Source: Candidatus Fermentibacterota bacterium (lineage in GTDB: Bacteria > Fermentibacterota > Fermentibacteria > Fermentibacterales > JCC-6). Taken from it: a stretch of DNA of 64,000 nucleotides. This document shows, piece after piece, positions 33,901-43,438 of this stretch. Made by a program: the position numbers and the translations under genes. The notes under the pieces were generated by a model. That model saw only the letters and a program-made list of their open reading frames with translations. It was not told the DNA's origin and did no database searches. Location: assembly GCA_963845085.1 (NCBI GenBank), contig CAWJQI010000004.1, positions 800,001 to 864,000 of the forward strand, read 5' to 3'. Position 1 is the first letter of the stretch. Each line of letters opens with the position of its first letter.

Positions 33901-35809
33901 GAGGATCGTTGAGCATTTCGGTTCCGGGAAGCACGAACCTGCCCCCCTTCATCAGAAAGACCACCCTGCCGTCGGGATGAATGGCGCAAATCGAATCGAG
34001 GCCGCTGTACGGAAGCGTGATGTCGACATGACGGTTCGTGTAGGCCTTCTCGGGGTTCGAAAGCCTCAATGCGCTTCGCTCGTTTGAAGTTGCAACCAGG
34101 CGCTTGCCGTTGATCGGATCGAAGAGGTCCCGATCCTCTTCATGGCTGTAGCAGGTGTCTCCCACCGCGAAATGGGGCCCCGTCTTCTCGAGGATGAGAA
34201 CGGGAAGCACTGCCATGATCCCGTACTTCACTCCCATGGCGTACGCGACAGTGTTGGTTCCGATGGCGAACTCTCCGAGGGGAAGGCTGTCGTGCGGGAA
34301 AATGATGTTCTCCCGGATGTAGTCACGTCCCTTTTCCGGATCGTCGAAGTTGGTGCACGACCACTCCACAGCCTCGCCGTTTCGGAAGGTCATCCTGAGG
34401 TTCTCGTACTTAAGCCCGGCAAGGAAGGCCTCGCTCACGTGCAGGATGCCGCTAGTTCCCTTGAGAACGGGGGAGGTGAACACCTCGCCCAGGGGGATGT
34501 TGACCGAGGCAAGGCAGTTCTCGAACGCGGTCTCCCTTTCCGGATCGGCCAGCGGGTGAAGAGAGACGGTGATGTCGGTGTCGTTTCCCGGCGCACCAAG
34601 TATCCTTACACTTTCGGCGCCGTCCATGGCTTCTATCAGGGCGGCGTGTATGGGCTGGTACACGTCGTTCGACAGGGTGTTCACCCGTATGCACTCCCTG
34701 AATATCTCCCCGAATGCCGGCCCGATCTCGGGGGACGGGAAGGCGATCATGCTGAAGCTCGTCTCGTGCCTCGGGGTGTGGATCTGCTGAAGCGTGACCA
34801 GCTGATGGGTGAAGTTGTTGTAAAGGGCGCTGATCTCCCGGTCGGCGCGGACCATGTTATCCCTGGGCGTGGGGCTGAACGGGGTTTCTCCGAACAGGTC
34901 GACATGGGCCACCCCGGAGTATGCAGCGAGCACCGGCGCCATTTCTTCGAACACATCCCGTCTCATGGCCATCTGGTGTTCGACCGTGGCGCTGTCGAGG
35001 TAAAGGGCGTACTTGAAGCGGTGGTCGTAGTTGGCCTGCCGGTTGGCCGGAGGCCTGTGCACCGGGGCGGCATGGGCGACAAGACCCACCTTTTCGAAGC
35101 TTTCACGGATGTGCGGGAACAGTGCTTCCGCACCCATCGGAAGGCTTATTGCAACAACCTTCCTGTTCCCGAAGATGTCCTTGCGCTCCTCCCTGAGCCC
35201 CAGCCTGTATCCGTCGGCGAGGGTGTCTGCTATCCCCCTGAGGTCTGCTGCCGGGAGGGAGAGCAGAAAATTCGACATGTCTTCATGAACCTGCGACACC
35301 TTCATTCCGTGCATGAAAAGAAACGAGGGGTCTCCCGGGCGGGCGCCCAGCATGAGATCCCGGGTGTGCGTCTCCTCCGGATCGAACCTTCTGCGAAGCA
35401 TGTTCAGGAAGGGCTTTCTGTCGATCCTGCGGTAGTGCCCGCGGATGACCGCGTCAGCACCGGAAAGACCGGCCTTCTCGATCTCTGCAAGGGTTTCAAG
35501 GGTTCTGGTGATGGTTTCGTCATCACCGTGAAAGGCTGCAGAAAGAAGGCCGAACACATCGTACCGGAAGGCCGACAGATGCTGCCCGGCGGAGAGGCCG
35601 AAGACCTCAACCGCGGCATCAGGGTTTGCGGGGTCGCGTTCGTACTCATCGGTTCCCAGCGGTTCGTACCAGTATCCGTTTATCTCCCGAAGCCTCTGAA
35701 GGGCGATCCCGCCCTTCAACTCCCCGCGAAGCGCCGCTGCGAACCGGGTTCTTTCGCCGGTGTCCGACAGATACTCCTGAAACCGCTGTTCACGGATTTG
35801 TTCGTTCAT
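33881..35809 (-). CDS. Aminopeptidase (peptidase M29/aminopeptidase T-like) with an N-terminal extension
   Basis: VNIPLGEVFTSP, LPLGEFAIGTN, LILEKTGPHFAVGD, HVDIT metal-ligand motifs. Confidence 0.85.
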   Translation of the reverse strand: MNEQIREQRFQEYLSDTGERTRFAAALRGELKGGIALQRLREINGYWYEPLGTDEYERDPANPDAAVEVFGLSAGQHLSAFRYDVFGLLSAAFHGDDETITRTLETLAEIEKAGLSGADAVIRGHYRRIDRKPFLNMLRRRFDPEETHTRDLMLGARPGDPSFLFMHGMKVSQVHEDMSNFLLSLPAADLRGIADTLADGYRLGLREERKDIFGNRKVVAISLPMGAEALFPHIRESFEKVGLVAHAAPVHRPPANRQANYDHRFKYALYLDSATVEHQMAMRRDVFEEMAPVLAAYSGVAHVDLFGETPFSPTPRDNMVRADREISALYNNFTHQLVTLQQIHTPRHETSFSMIAFPSPEIGPAFGEIFRECIRVNTLSNDVYQPIHAALIEAMDGAESVRILGAPGNDTDITVSLHPLADPERETAFENCLASVNIPLGEVFTSPVLKGTSGILHVSEAFLAGLKYENLRMTFRNGEAVEWSCTNFDDPEKGRDYIRENIIFPHDSLPLGEFAIGTNTVAYAMGVKYGIMAVLPVLILEKTGPHFAVGDTCYSHEEDRDLFDPINGKRLVATSNERSALRLSNPEKAYTNRHVDITLPYSGLDSICAIHPDGRVVFLMKGGRFVLPGTEMLNDPLDGLGD

Positions 35810-35819
35810 TTTGCACCCC

Positions 35820-37556
35820 TCAGCGCTCGAGTATTTCCATGCCCCGGATCACCCCGGCGTACTCGGGATTGTTCGCCAGAAGCTCCCGGTGGGTTCCCGT
35901 TGCAACATGCCTTCCCCTGTGCAGGAAGATAACCGAATCGCTCTGCTTGACAGTAGCCTCGCGGTGGGTTACGACAAAGGCGAGAGCCTTGTTGCCGCTC
36001 TCCCTGAACCTGCTCCAGAATTCGGCCTCCTTGCCCGCATCGAGGGCCGCCGTGCAGTCATCGAGAAGGAGCAGCGACGGCACCCCCGCAAGAGCCCTGG
36101 CGATGGCCACCCTCTGGCGCTGCCCGCCGCTGGCGCCGGTACCGCGCTGCCCGAGCATCTTGTCCCCCTGGAACTCCTCGGGTCTCACTCCTGCATCGAG
36201 AAGTGCCCTCTCGACATCGCAGTCCCTGAGGCGTTCCCTTCCGAAACGGACGTTGTCGGTCACGCTTTCTCCGAGAAGCAGGGATTCCTGGGGGACAAAG
36301 CCGATAGTGTCCCTCAGATCGGCGAGCCCTCTTGGCACGCCGTTGATCCGCATCTCGCCCTCGCTCACGGGAAGAAGGCCCGCAAGCATTTTGATCAGCG
36401 TGCTTTTCCCGGCGCCCACCTCGCCCACCACGGCGACAACTCCCGGGGAACTCGCACAGAAGGTGACTCCAGATACGCCGCCATTTCCGTCATACACGAA
36501 ACCGGCGTCCCTCATGACCACATCCGTCACCTTCGGGATCAGCTCGATGTGTGCGGGCTCCACCTTTTCGGGGAAGTTCTGTATCTCCCGCTCCCGCTCC
36601 ACCGAGACGAAGGCCTGCCGGCTTGCGACAAAGAGGTTGGGGATGTCCATCATGGGTGCAAGGAGCATGTCGAGATAGACGTAGAATGCGTAGAAATCGC
36701 CGAGGCCGATGCTTCCCCTGATCACCATGAGCCCGCCCGCAAGCATCACGGTGACCTTTCCGACCTGTCCGATCAGGCCGTAGACGCCGTGAATGACCAT
36801 CTCGAGCTTCGTCAGGGAGAGATCGATCTCGAACCTCTGGTTCAGAAGCCTGTGAAGTCTGGCAGCCAGCGGTTTCTCCGCCCTGTAGGCCTTGACTATC
36901 GCGATCCCGTCGAAGGTGCTGTCAAGCAGGTCGTTCGTGTGGCTGGTTGCCTTGCGGCTTTCCTCAACCCGCCTGCCTATGCGGTGCTCGACTGTGTAGA
37001 AGATGAACAGCATCACGGGAAGGGGGGCCAGAGCCAGCAGTGACAGCTTCCAGCTCATGAAGATCATCACCCCGAGGCAGAAAAGCAGCCTCGAGCCCGA
37101 TTCCAGTGCCCTGAAAAATGCGCTGCAGGCGAACCAGGCAATGCGCGGGTAGTCGGTTATGTCCTCGGTGAGCCTGGTCGTGAGGTCGCCGGGGCGGAAC
37201 GTGTTGAAAAACCTCCAGTCCTTTCTCATTATGGACCGGAACACGTCGTCCCTCACACCCAGACCGATAACGCTGTTGATTATGCCTCTGGCCCCCGGAT
37301 AGAATCCCGCAAGCAGTCTCGCCACGGCAAGACCTGCGAGGACCAGGATGATTTTGGTGAACTGCGAGCTTTCGGGTGTGCCCAGCACGACCTCGACATT
37401 GTCCAGCAGGTACCTGAAGACCAGGGGGAACCCCAGGGCCACTGCGCTCGAAAGGAGAGTGAAGATAAACAGCAGAACGAGGTACTTCCTTACCGGCCTC
37501 CAGTAGCGGAAGATCCAGCCGCAGTTGTCCCGCCAGATCCGTATCCTGTCATGCAC
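35820..37556 (-). CDS. ABC exporter half-transporter (TMD+NBD), MdlA/BmrC-like
   Basis: TM helices, GDLTTRL, Walker A GEVGAGKST, signature ASGGQRQR, non-canonical Walker B LLLLDD, H-loop VTHR. Confidence 0.92.
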   Translation of the reverse strand: MHDRIRIWRDNCGWIFRYWRPVRKYLVLLFIFTLLSSAVALGFPLVFRYLLDNVEVVLGTPESSQFTKIILVLAGLAVARLLAGFYPGARGIINSVIGLGVRDDVFRSIMRKDWRFFNTFRPGDLTTRLTEDITDYPRIAWFACSAFFRALESGSRLLFCLGVMIFMSWKLSLLALAPLPVMLFIFYTVEHRIGRRVEESRKATSHTNDLLDSTFDGIAIVKAYRAEKPLAARLHRLLNQRFEIDLSLTKLEMVIHGVYGLIGQVGKVTVMLAGGLMVIRGSIGLGDFYAFYVYLDMLLAPMMDIPNLFVASRQAFVSVEREREIQNFPEKVEPAHIELIPKVTDVVMRDAGFVYDGNGGVSGVTFCASSPGVVAVVGEVGAGKSTLIKMLAGLLPVSEGEMRINGVPRGLADLRDTIGFVPQESLLLGESVTDNVRFGRERLRDCDVERALLDAGVRPEEFQGDKMLGQRGTGASGGQRQRVAIARALAGVPSLLLLDDCTAALDAGKEAEFWSRFRESGNKALAFVVTHREATVKQSDSVIFLHRGRHVATGTHRELLANNPEYAGVIRGMEILER

Positions 37557-39338
37557 TTTCCTCACCCCCGAACTGCAGGGTGAACAGTGATGCGTAGACC
37601 CCGCCCTTCCGCATCAGTTCGGCGTGCGTTCCCTGCTCGACCAGAAGGCCACCCCGTATCACCATGATCACATCGGCGTGTATGATCGTTGAAAGCCTGT
37701 GCGCGACAACGAGAGCCGTACGCCCGGAAAGGGCCAGGTCCGTGGCGCGCTGAAGCTTCTGCTCGGTGCCGGGGTCCACAGACGACGTGGCTTCGTCGAG
37801 TACGAGGATGTCGGGCTTTCTGAGCACCGCCCGGGCTATGTTGACGAGCTGCCTCTGACCCATGGAGAGGTTTGCCCCCCCTCGCTTATCTCGCCGTCGA
37901 GGCCGCCGGGGATCCGTTCGAGCAGCTCCTGCGCCTCAATCCTTGAAAGCGCCTCTTCCTGCTCCTCCCGGCCGACCGATGGATCAAACACGGTGAGGTT
38001 GCCGGAAAGCGTGCCCGAGAAAAGGTTGACCTCCTGCAGCACCAGACCGATCCTGCTCCGCCAGGCATCGAGGGTAAAATCCCTGATGTCGGTGCCATCG
38101 AGGGTTATCCTGCCGCGGACGGGGTGGTAGAACCTGAGCAGCAGGGCGACAATGGTGCTCTTGCCTCCGCCCGAGTCACCGACAAGTGCGACTGTTTCAC
38201 CCCTGCGGATCACAAAGGACAACCCCCGGATGACCCACTCCTCCCCGCTGTAGCTGAACCAGACGTCCTCGAAGCGGATCTCCCCCCAGTCCTTCGAAAG
38301 CTCTTCAGAGCCGAGGTGCCCGTCCGGAGTGAGGGTTTCCGTGCGGATCAGTTCCATCAGGCGGTCGCCCGAGGCAAGGGCCCGCTGCATCTCGTTGAGG
38401 GTCTCGCCGAACATCACGAGGGGGCCGAAAAGCCGCCTCGTGTACTCCACGAAAAGCACGACCGTGCCGACTGTAACCGTCCCGGCAACAACGCCGGGGC
38501 GTCCTGCGGTTAGGATGACGGCGACAGCGCCGATCTCGAGCGCTCCAAGAAAGCTCCAGAAGCCGTAGTCCCACAGGGTGGCCCTGATCTCCCTTTTAAC
38601 GTACTGCGCGCCCAGCCGGTGTATCCGGGTTCGGGCGTAGCCGGTTGCGCCGAAGACCTGCATGACGGGGACCGCTCTGACGAACTCCGCGACCGAGCCC
38701 GATATCGAGGCGTAGGACCTTCGCAGGTCGCCCCAGAGCACCCTCATCTTCTTCAGCACCGGGATGGAGAGCAATGCCGCCGGAAGGACAATGAGCATCA
38801 CCTTCAGGGTGATTCCCGCATCGGCGGTCAGCATGACGCCGACCGTGCCGAAGACCATGGCCGAGTTGCGAAGAAGGGCCATGCTGGTTTCGCTGAAGAG
38901 CATCCTTACGCGTTCCGCGTCACTTTCGACCCTGGACATGAGCCTGCCGGACGGGTTCTTGTTGAAGTAGGCCATGGAGAGCGTGAGCACATGATCGAAC
39001 AGCTGCCTTTTGAGGTCCCGCACGACCGACAAACCGATCTTCGCCGCTATCATCACCTGAAGGTACGCGAGCGCCATTGTCGCGCCGAACACTCCGGCGA
39101 ACATCAGGGAGTACCGAATTATCGCCCCGGTGTCCTTCTGTGGAACGGCCACGTCTATCACCTGCCTGAGGATGAGCGGGCCGGCCAGTTCTCCCGCGAT
39201 GGCAAGAAGCAAAAGAACCACCGCCAGGGTGAACTGGGGCCAGTGGGGAAGGATCAGAGGGGCGAATTTCCTGAGAAGCGCAACCGATCCCGTGCGGACC
39301 TGGCTCTCTTCTTCTATCTCTTCAATGTAGGGGGGCAT
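37549..39338 (-). CDS. ABC exporter half-transporter (TMD+NBD), MdlB/BmrD-like, with a frameshift in a G7 run at ~37875
   Basis: GRLMSRV, Walker A GDSGGGKST. Adding one G restores ISEGGANLSMGQRQL...LVLDEATSSVD...VAHRLST. Confidence 0.9.
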
Positions 39339-39350
39339 GGGATAAAACTC

Positions 39351-39462
39351 CGTTCAAACAAGGCTTGGGGGCAACTGGTACATGAGGAGGTGGACCGGGG
39401 CGGAACCGCCCTAGGAAAAAGGGTATCCTCCAAAAATCATGTATGTACCTCCCTGTTGAACG
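39351..39462 (-). promoter_or_regulatory. Structured 5' leader (putative attenuator) of the ABC exporter operon
   Basis: Nested inverted repeats: CGTTCAAACAAGG (39351-63) / CCCTGTTGAACG (39451-62); TACATGA (39379-85) / TCATGTA (39437-43); GGAGG (39386-90) / CCTCC (39427-31); GGGCGG-AA-CCGCCC (39398-411). A promoter-like TTGACG-N16-TATTTT lies at 39499-39472. Confidence 0.6.
39411..39440 (-). CDS. Putative leader peptide MIFGGYPFS
   Basis: ATG ATT TTT GGA GGA TAC CCT TTT TCC TAG, with a strong SD GGGAGG 7 nt upstream. Confidence 0.55.
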   Translation of the reverse strand: MIFGGYPFS

Positions 39463-39589
39463 AACCCGACAAAAATAAGACCGCTTGCGGAATCGTCAAG
39501 TTCCCCTCGCTCCATGACGAATACACGGGTTTTTGTATAATTGCCCCCGTCAGGCGGGTACTCCGCCAAAAAAAGCCCGGGAGGCGGCA

Positions 39590-40618
39590 ATGCACAGGAT
39601 TCACCAGAAGTGCATCATTCCCAGTGCGGCGTTCACGATCCCACACGCCCGCATTCGGAGTTATCACCGGTTCGAGAAAGCTCCGGAAGTGGGCGACCTT
39701 GTCTTTGGAGAGATCAACTGCCTCGGGCAGCACAGGCTTCTTGAAAGCGTTTCGAGCAGGCTTCACGCCCTGAACGACAAGACGCACGCGATATTTGTCT
39801 TCGGCAACCGCTACGCACCGGATTACTACGAGGCCTTCATCCCCGGGGAGTGGCAGGACGAGGTCGATCTGATCGCCCAGAGCGGCATCGTGGGCAACGC
39901 GGTTCACAGGAACGACAGGATCGCCGACCCGACCCGGGTCAGGCTGCAGGGGTACGTGTGCGACGGCAACGGCGAGATACTCAACACCCGCAGGGGCAAT
40001 CTCCTGACTCCGAGGCGCACCGTCAGAGAGGGCGGCAAGAGGGCGAAGCTGATCCTCTGCGTTGGCACCAGCATGAACAGCGGCAAGAGCCACGCGGCCG
40101 CAGCCTGCTGCTACGCACTCACATCGGTAGGCAGGAAGGTGAGGGCCGCCAAGGTCACCGGCACGGCCTGTCAGAAGGACATCCTTCTAATGCAGGACAA
40201 CGGGGCGGACCATGTTGCGGATTTCTCCTATCTCGGGCATCCCACCACCTACATGCTGTCCGAGGCCGAGCTGATGAACATCTTCACCGTTATCGACCTC
40301 AAGTACGGGAACAACCCGGCCAACTACCTGGTGCTCGAATTCGCCGACGGAATACTTCAGCGCGAGACGGCAATGCTGCTTCATAACCCGCTTGTGCTCA
40401 GCAGGATACACAAGGTGGTGTTCTGTGCGCAGGATGCCTTCGGCGCCATCGGCGGGGTCAGGGTGCTCAAGGAGAGGTTCGGCCTTGTGCCGGCGGCCAT
40501 CAGCGGTGTCTGTTCCAGCTCTCCCCTGGCGCTCCGCGAGCTTTCCGAATTCACTGAAATACCGATTCTTTTCAGCGCACAGCGCGACTACAAGGCTATC
40601 CATGAGTTGATAAGCTAG
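39590..40618 (+). CDS. DUF1611-like P-loop protein
   Basis: FGNRYAPD, Walker-A-like VGTSMNSGKS, AAKVTGT, LEFADGILQRET, AISG...SSPLA. SD GGGAGG. Confidence 0.75.
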   Translation: MHRIHQKCIIPSAAFTIPHARIRSYHRFEKAPEVGDLVFGEINCLGQHRLLESVSSRLHALNDKTHAIFVFGNRYAPDYYEAFIPGEWQDEVDLIAQSGIVGNAVHRNDRIADPTRVRLQGYVCDGNGEILNTRRGNLLTPRRTVREGGKRAKLILCVGTSMNSGKSHAAAACCYALTSVGRKVRAAKVTGTACQKDILLMQDNGADHVADFSYLGHPTTYMLSEAELMNIFTVIDLKYGNNPANYLVLEFADGILQRETAMLLHNPLVLSRIHKVVFCAQDAFGAIGGVRVLKERFGLVPAAISGVCSSSPLALRELSEFTEIPILFSAQRDYKAIHELIS

Positions 40619-40645
40619 GGGCGGAACCCTTTCGGATCCCGCCCC
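40618..40645. terminator. Hairpin between the convergent DUF1611-like gene and hcp
   Basis: GGGGCGG...CCGCCCC stem directly after the stop codon; no strong U-tract. Confidence 0.4.
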
Positions 40646-40663
40646 GCGTCAATGCTCTGAGAA

Positions 40664-42313
40664 CTACCCCAGAATCTCTTTCAGGTCTTCCTCCGGTGTC
40701 GTCACCGGAGCGATCCCGAAGGTGTTCACCAGAACGCCGAGGGTTGCAGGGGTGAGACATGCGGGAAGGCTTGGGCCAAGCTTGATGTTCGTGATGCCGA
40801 GGTGCAGAAGTGTCAGCAGTATTGCGACCGCCTTCTGTTCGTACCAGGAAAGTATCATGCTGAGCGGAAGGTCGTTGACCCCCACGCCGAATGCGTCGGC
40901 GAGGGCCGATGCTATCACGATGGCTGAGTAGGCGTCGTTGCACTGCCCCACGTCGAGAAGTCTGGGAATGCCGCCGATATCGCCGAAGTCGAGCTTGTTG
41001 AACCTGTATTTGCCGCATGCGAGCGTGAGGATCACGCAATCCTGCGGTACGGCCTTTGCGAAATCGGTGTAGTAGTTCCTGCCGCTCTTGGCCCCGTCGC
41101 AGCCGCCGACAAGGAAGAAGTGACGGATGGCGCCCGCCTTTACGGCGTCTATCACCTTTCCGGCGACAGAGAGCACGGCGTTCCTGCCGAAGCCCACAGT
41201 GATGAACTTCTCAGGTTCGGTCTCGGCGAAGCCGGGGGCCGAAAGCGCCGCGTCGATCACGGGCTTGAAGTTCTTGTCGGCTATGTGCCTGACACCCGGG
41301 AACGCCACCAGTCCGGTGGTGAAGATGCGGTCGATGTACGTATCCCTCGGCTTCTGGATGCAGTTGGTGGTCATCAGAATTGCGCCCGGGAACTGGTCGA
41401 ACTCCTTCTGCTGGTCCTGCCAGGCGCCGCCGTAGTTGCCGGCGAGGTGGGGGTATTTCTTCAGCCCCGGATATGCGTTGCAGGGCAGCATCTCGCCGTG
41501 GGTGTAGACATTTATGCCCTTGCCCTCGGTCTGCTTCAGGATCATCTCAAGGTCCTTGAGATCGTGCCCGGAAAGAAGGATGGCTTTCCCCTTGAGGGGT
41601 GTGATCCTGACCCGAGTCGGCTCGGGGTGGCCGTAGCTTCCGGTGTTTGCCTCGTCAAGAAGCTTCATCGCGCCCAGGTTTGCCTCGCCGCAGGAAAGGC
41701 AGAGCTGCGTCAGGGCGCCGGCGTCGCTTTCCTCGCGGGCCAGGGCTTCCAATGCCTTGTGGAAGAACCCCGAGACCTTGTCATCGTCCTTTCCCAGCAC
41801 GTGAGCGTGGTCCATGTAGGCAGCCGCGCCCTTGAGACCGTATGTGAGCAGTTCCTGAAGACCGGCGGCATCGTCGCCGTACTTCTCCCGCCGCGACATG
41901 ATCCCGATCGTCCTGCCCTGCGAAAGCATTCCCTGCATTTCGGGCGCAGGCATGAAAAGCGCATGCGGGGGAACCGCGGAGGGCTTCAGCCCGCTCTTCC
42001 CGCAGGCTGTTTCGTACATTTCGCGGGCCCTTTCCCTCGCGGTGACCACCTTCCCTATCACTTCCACCACCCGCTCGGGGTGGAAGTTGACGTTGGTGAT
42101 GGTTGTGAAAAGGGCTTCAGAGGTTACGGAGTTCAGACCCGGGTCGGTTCTGCCCATCTCCCTCGCCCTGTGGGCGTAGACACCGAGCCCCTTCGTTACG
42201 TAGAGAAGAAGGTCCTGAAGGGTTGCCGTTGCGGAATCCTTTCCGCAGACCCCCTGCACGGTGCACCCGGTTCCCCTTGCCGTCTGTTCGCACTGGTAGC
42301 AGAACATGTCCAT
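40664..42313 (-). CDS. hcp: Hybrid cluster protein (hydroxylamine/NO reductase)
   Basis: MFCYQCEQT...CT..GVCGK, SGHDL.DL, YTHGEMLP, NYGGAWQDQ, MTTNC, GGCDG, LACGKYR, GQCNDAYS, SWYEQKAV. Confidence 0.97.
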   Translation of the reverse strand: MDMFCYQCEQTARGTGCTVQGVCGKDSATATLQDLLLYVTKGLGVYAHRAREMGRTDPGLNSVTSEALFTTITNVNFHPERVVEVIGKVVTARERAREMYETACGKSGLKPSAVPPHALFMPAPEMQGMLSQGRTIGIMSRREKYGDDAAGLQELLTYGLKGAAAYMDHAHVLGKDDDKVSGFFHKALEALAREESDAGALTQLCLSCGEANLGAMKLLDEANTGSYGHPEPTRVRITPLKGKAILLSGHDLKDLEMILKQTEGKGINVYTHGEMLPCNAYPGLKKYPHLAGNYGGAWQDQQKEFDQFPGAILMTTNCIQKPRDTYIDRIFTTGLVAFPGVRHIADKNFKPVIDAALSAPGFAETEPEKFITVGFGRNAVLSVAGKVIDAVKAGAIRHFFLVGGCDGAKSGRNYYTDFAKAVPQDCVILTLACGKYRFNKLDFGDIGGIPRLLDVGQCNDAYSAIVIASALADAFGVGVNDLPLSMILSWYEQKAVAILLTLLHLGITNIKLGPSLPACLTPATLGVLVNTFGIAPVTTPEEDLKEILG

Positions 42314-42327
42314 CTTCGGTTCCCCTT

Positions 42328-42972
42328 TCATTTCAGGCGTCCGTCAACGCCTATGGTAATGATGCGCAATGGAATGCTTTTCCCCGACGCTTTCAGGGCC
42401 GCCTCGGCAAGCCGTGCCATCCCCGTGCAGCACGGAACTTCCATGATCGCGACAGTAAGGCTTCTGATATCGTTGTTGCGAAGTATGCCGGTGAGCTTTT
42501 CAAGGTAGCCCGAGGTGTCATCGAGCTTGGGGCAGGCTATGATGAGCTTTCTGCCCCTTAGAAGGCTGTCGTGAAAGCCCGGAAAGGCCGGCGGTACGCA
42601 GTCCGCAGCGATCAGCAGTTCTGCGCCATCCCAGAATGGGGCGTTCACGGGAACCAGGTGGAGCTGGATGGGCCATTGCTCGAAATGCGAGCCTGAGCCA
42701 CCGGCCTTCGAACGCACCATCGAACCGGGACAACCCGATCCGTGCTTTGGCTGGGGCTCTTCAAGGCTGAAGGGATCGGCCTCCCTTTCCTCAATCGTGA
42801 TGGCTCCCTGCGGGCACACTCCGAGGCAGGCCCCGAGGCCGTCGCAGTAGCTGTCCTTTACAAGCCTCGCCTTGCCGTCGATTACCCTGAGCGCGCCCTC
42901 AACGCACCCCGGAACACACTGACCGCAGCCGTCGCACTTTTCCTCGTCGATCTTCACTATGCTGCGCTTCAC
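42328..42972 (-). CDS. 4Fe-4S dicluster protein of the type commonly linked to hcp
   Basis: CDGCGQCVPGC, CDGLGACLGVCP, GCPGS, QWPIQL, IAADC, ACPKLD, MEVPCC. Confidence 0.9.
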   Translation of the reverse strand: MKRSIVKIDEEKCDGCGQCVPGCVEGALRVIDGKARLVKDSYCDGLGACLGVCPQGAITIEEREADPFSLEEPQPKHGSGCPGSMVRSKAGGSGSHFEQWPIQLHLVPVNAPFWDGAELLIAADCVPPAFPGFHDSLLRGRKLIIACPKLDDTSGYLEKLTGILRNNDIRSLTVAIMEVPCCTGMARLAEAALKASGKSIPLRIITIGVDGRLK

Positions 42973-43394
42973 GCCCCCCTCCTTCCAGAGCCGGCTGCAA
43001 ATCCGGAGATGGTCCTTCCGGAAAGGTGCCGTCTCACAACTTCGTCAACCTCCGAAAGCATTCCGCCGAGAAGGCACCCCTCAGGCGGACAGTGGCTTTT
43101 CTGGAAAAGGCATGTGTCGGTTCCCAGGGGTCCGTCCAGAGCCTCGTACACCGAAAGAAGGGTGATGAGGGCGGGGTCTCCGGCGATCCTGTGGCCGCCT
43201 CCGGGGCCACGCACCGACCTTACCAGACCTGTCTTCACAAGCCGCTGCATGACCTTGCGGGTGTGGTTCTCACTCACGCCGAAAGAATCGGCTATTTCTC
43301 TGCTGGTGACAGGAACGTCACCCGAACCCGCCATGAGGATCATTGCGTGAATGCCTATTGAGGCAGCCTCTGAGAATTTGAGTACACCAGCCAT
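42969..43394 (-). CDS. Rrf2-family transcriptional regulator with three C-terminal Cys
   Basis: wHTH EIADSFGVSENHTRKVMQRL..GLV.SVRGPGGG, ITLLSVYEALDG, CLFQKSHCPPEGC. Confidence 0.93.
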   Translation of the reverse strand: MAGVLKFSEAASIGIHAMILMAGSGDVPVTSREIADSFGVSENHTRKVMQRLVKTGLVRSVRGPGGGHRIAGDPALITLLSVYEALDGPLGTDTCLFQKSHCPPEGCLLGGMLSEVDEVVRRHLSGRTISGFAAGSGRRGA

Positions 43395-43414
43395 GCCTCG
43401 CCCTTCATTGTTGT

Positions 43415-43438
43415 ATAGAGGTACCATAATACCACTAT
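43415..43438. promoter_or_regulatory. Candidate Rrf2 operator
   Basis: Imperfect palindrome ATAGAGGTA-N6-TACCACTAT (8/9 pairs) overlapping a minus-strand promoter (TTGACG at 43452-47, TG-G-TATTAT), ~20 nt before the rrf2 ATG. Confidence 0.55.

Noticed and set aside
34142..37043. Long plus-strand ORFs (596, 350 and 410 aa) opposite the aminopeptidase and ABC genes
   Set aside because: Antisense shadows of well-supported minus-strand genes.
39437..40093. 218-aa minus-strand ORF ending in the ABC leader
   Set aside because: Antisense to the DUF1611-like gene; no recognisable protein features.
39397..40628. 11-bp direct repeat GGGGCGGAACC on both sides of the DUF1611-like gene
   Set aside because: Both copies are arms of GC-rich inverted repeats; no transposase, integrase or terminal repeats; plausible by chance.
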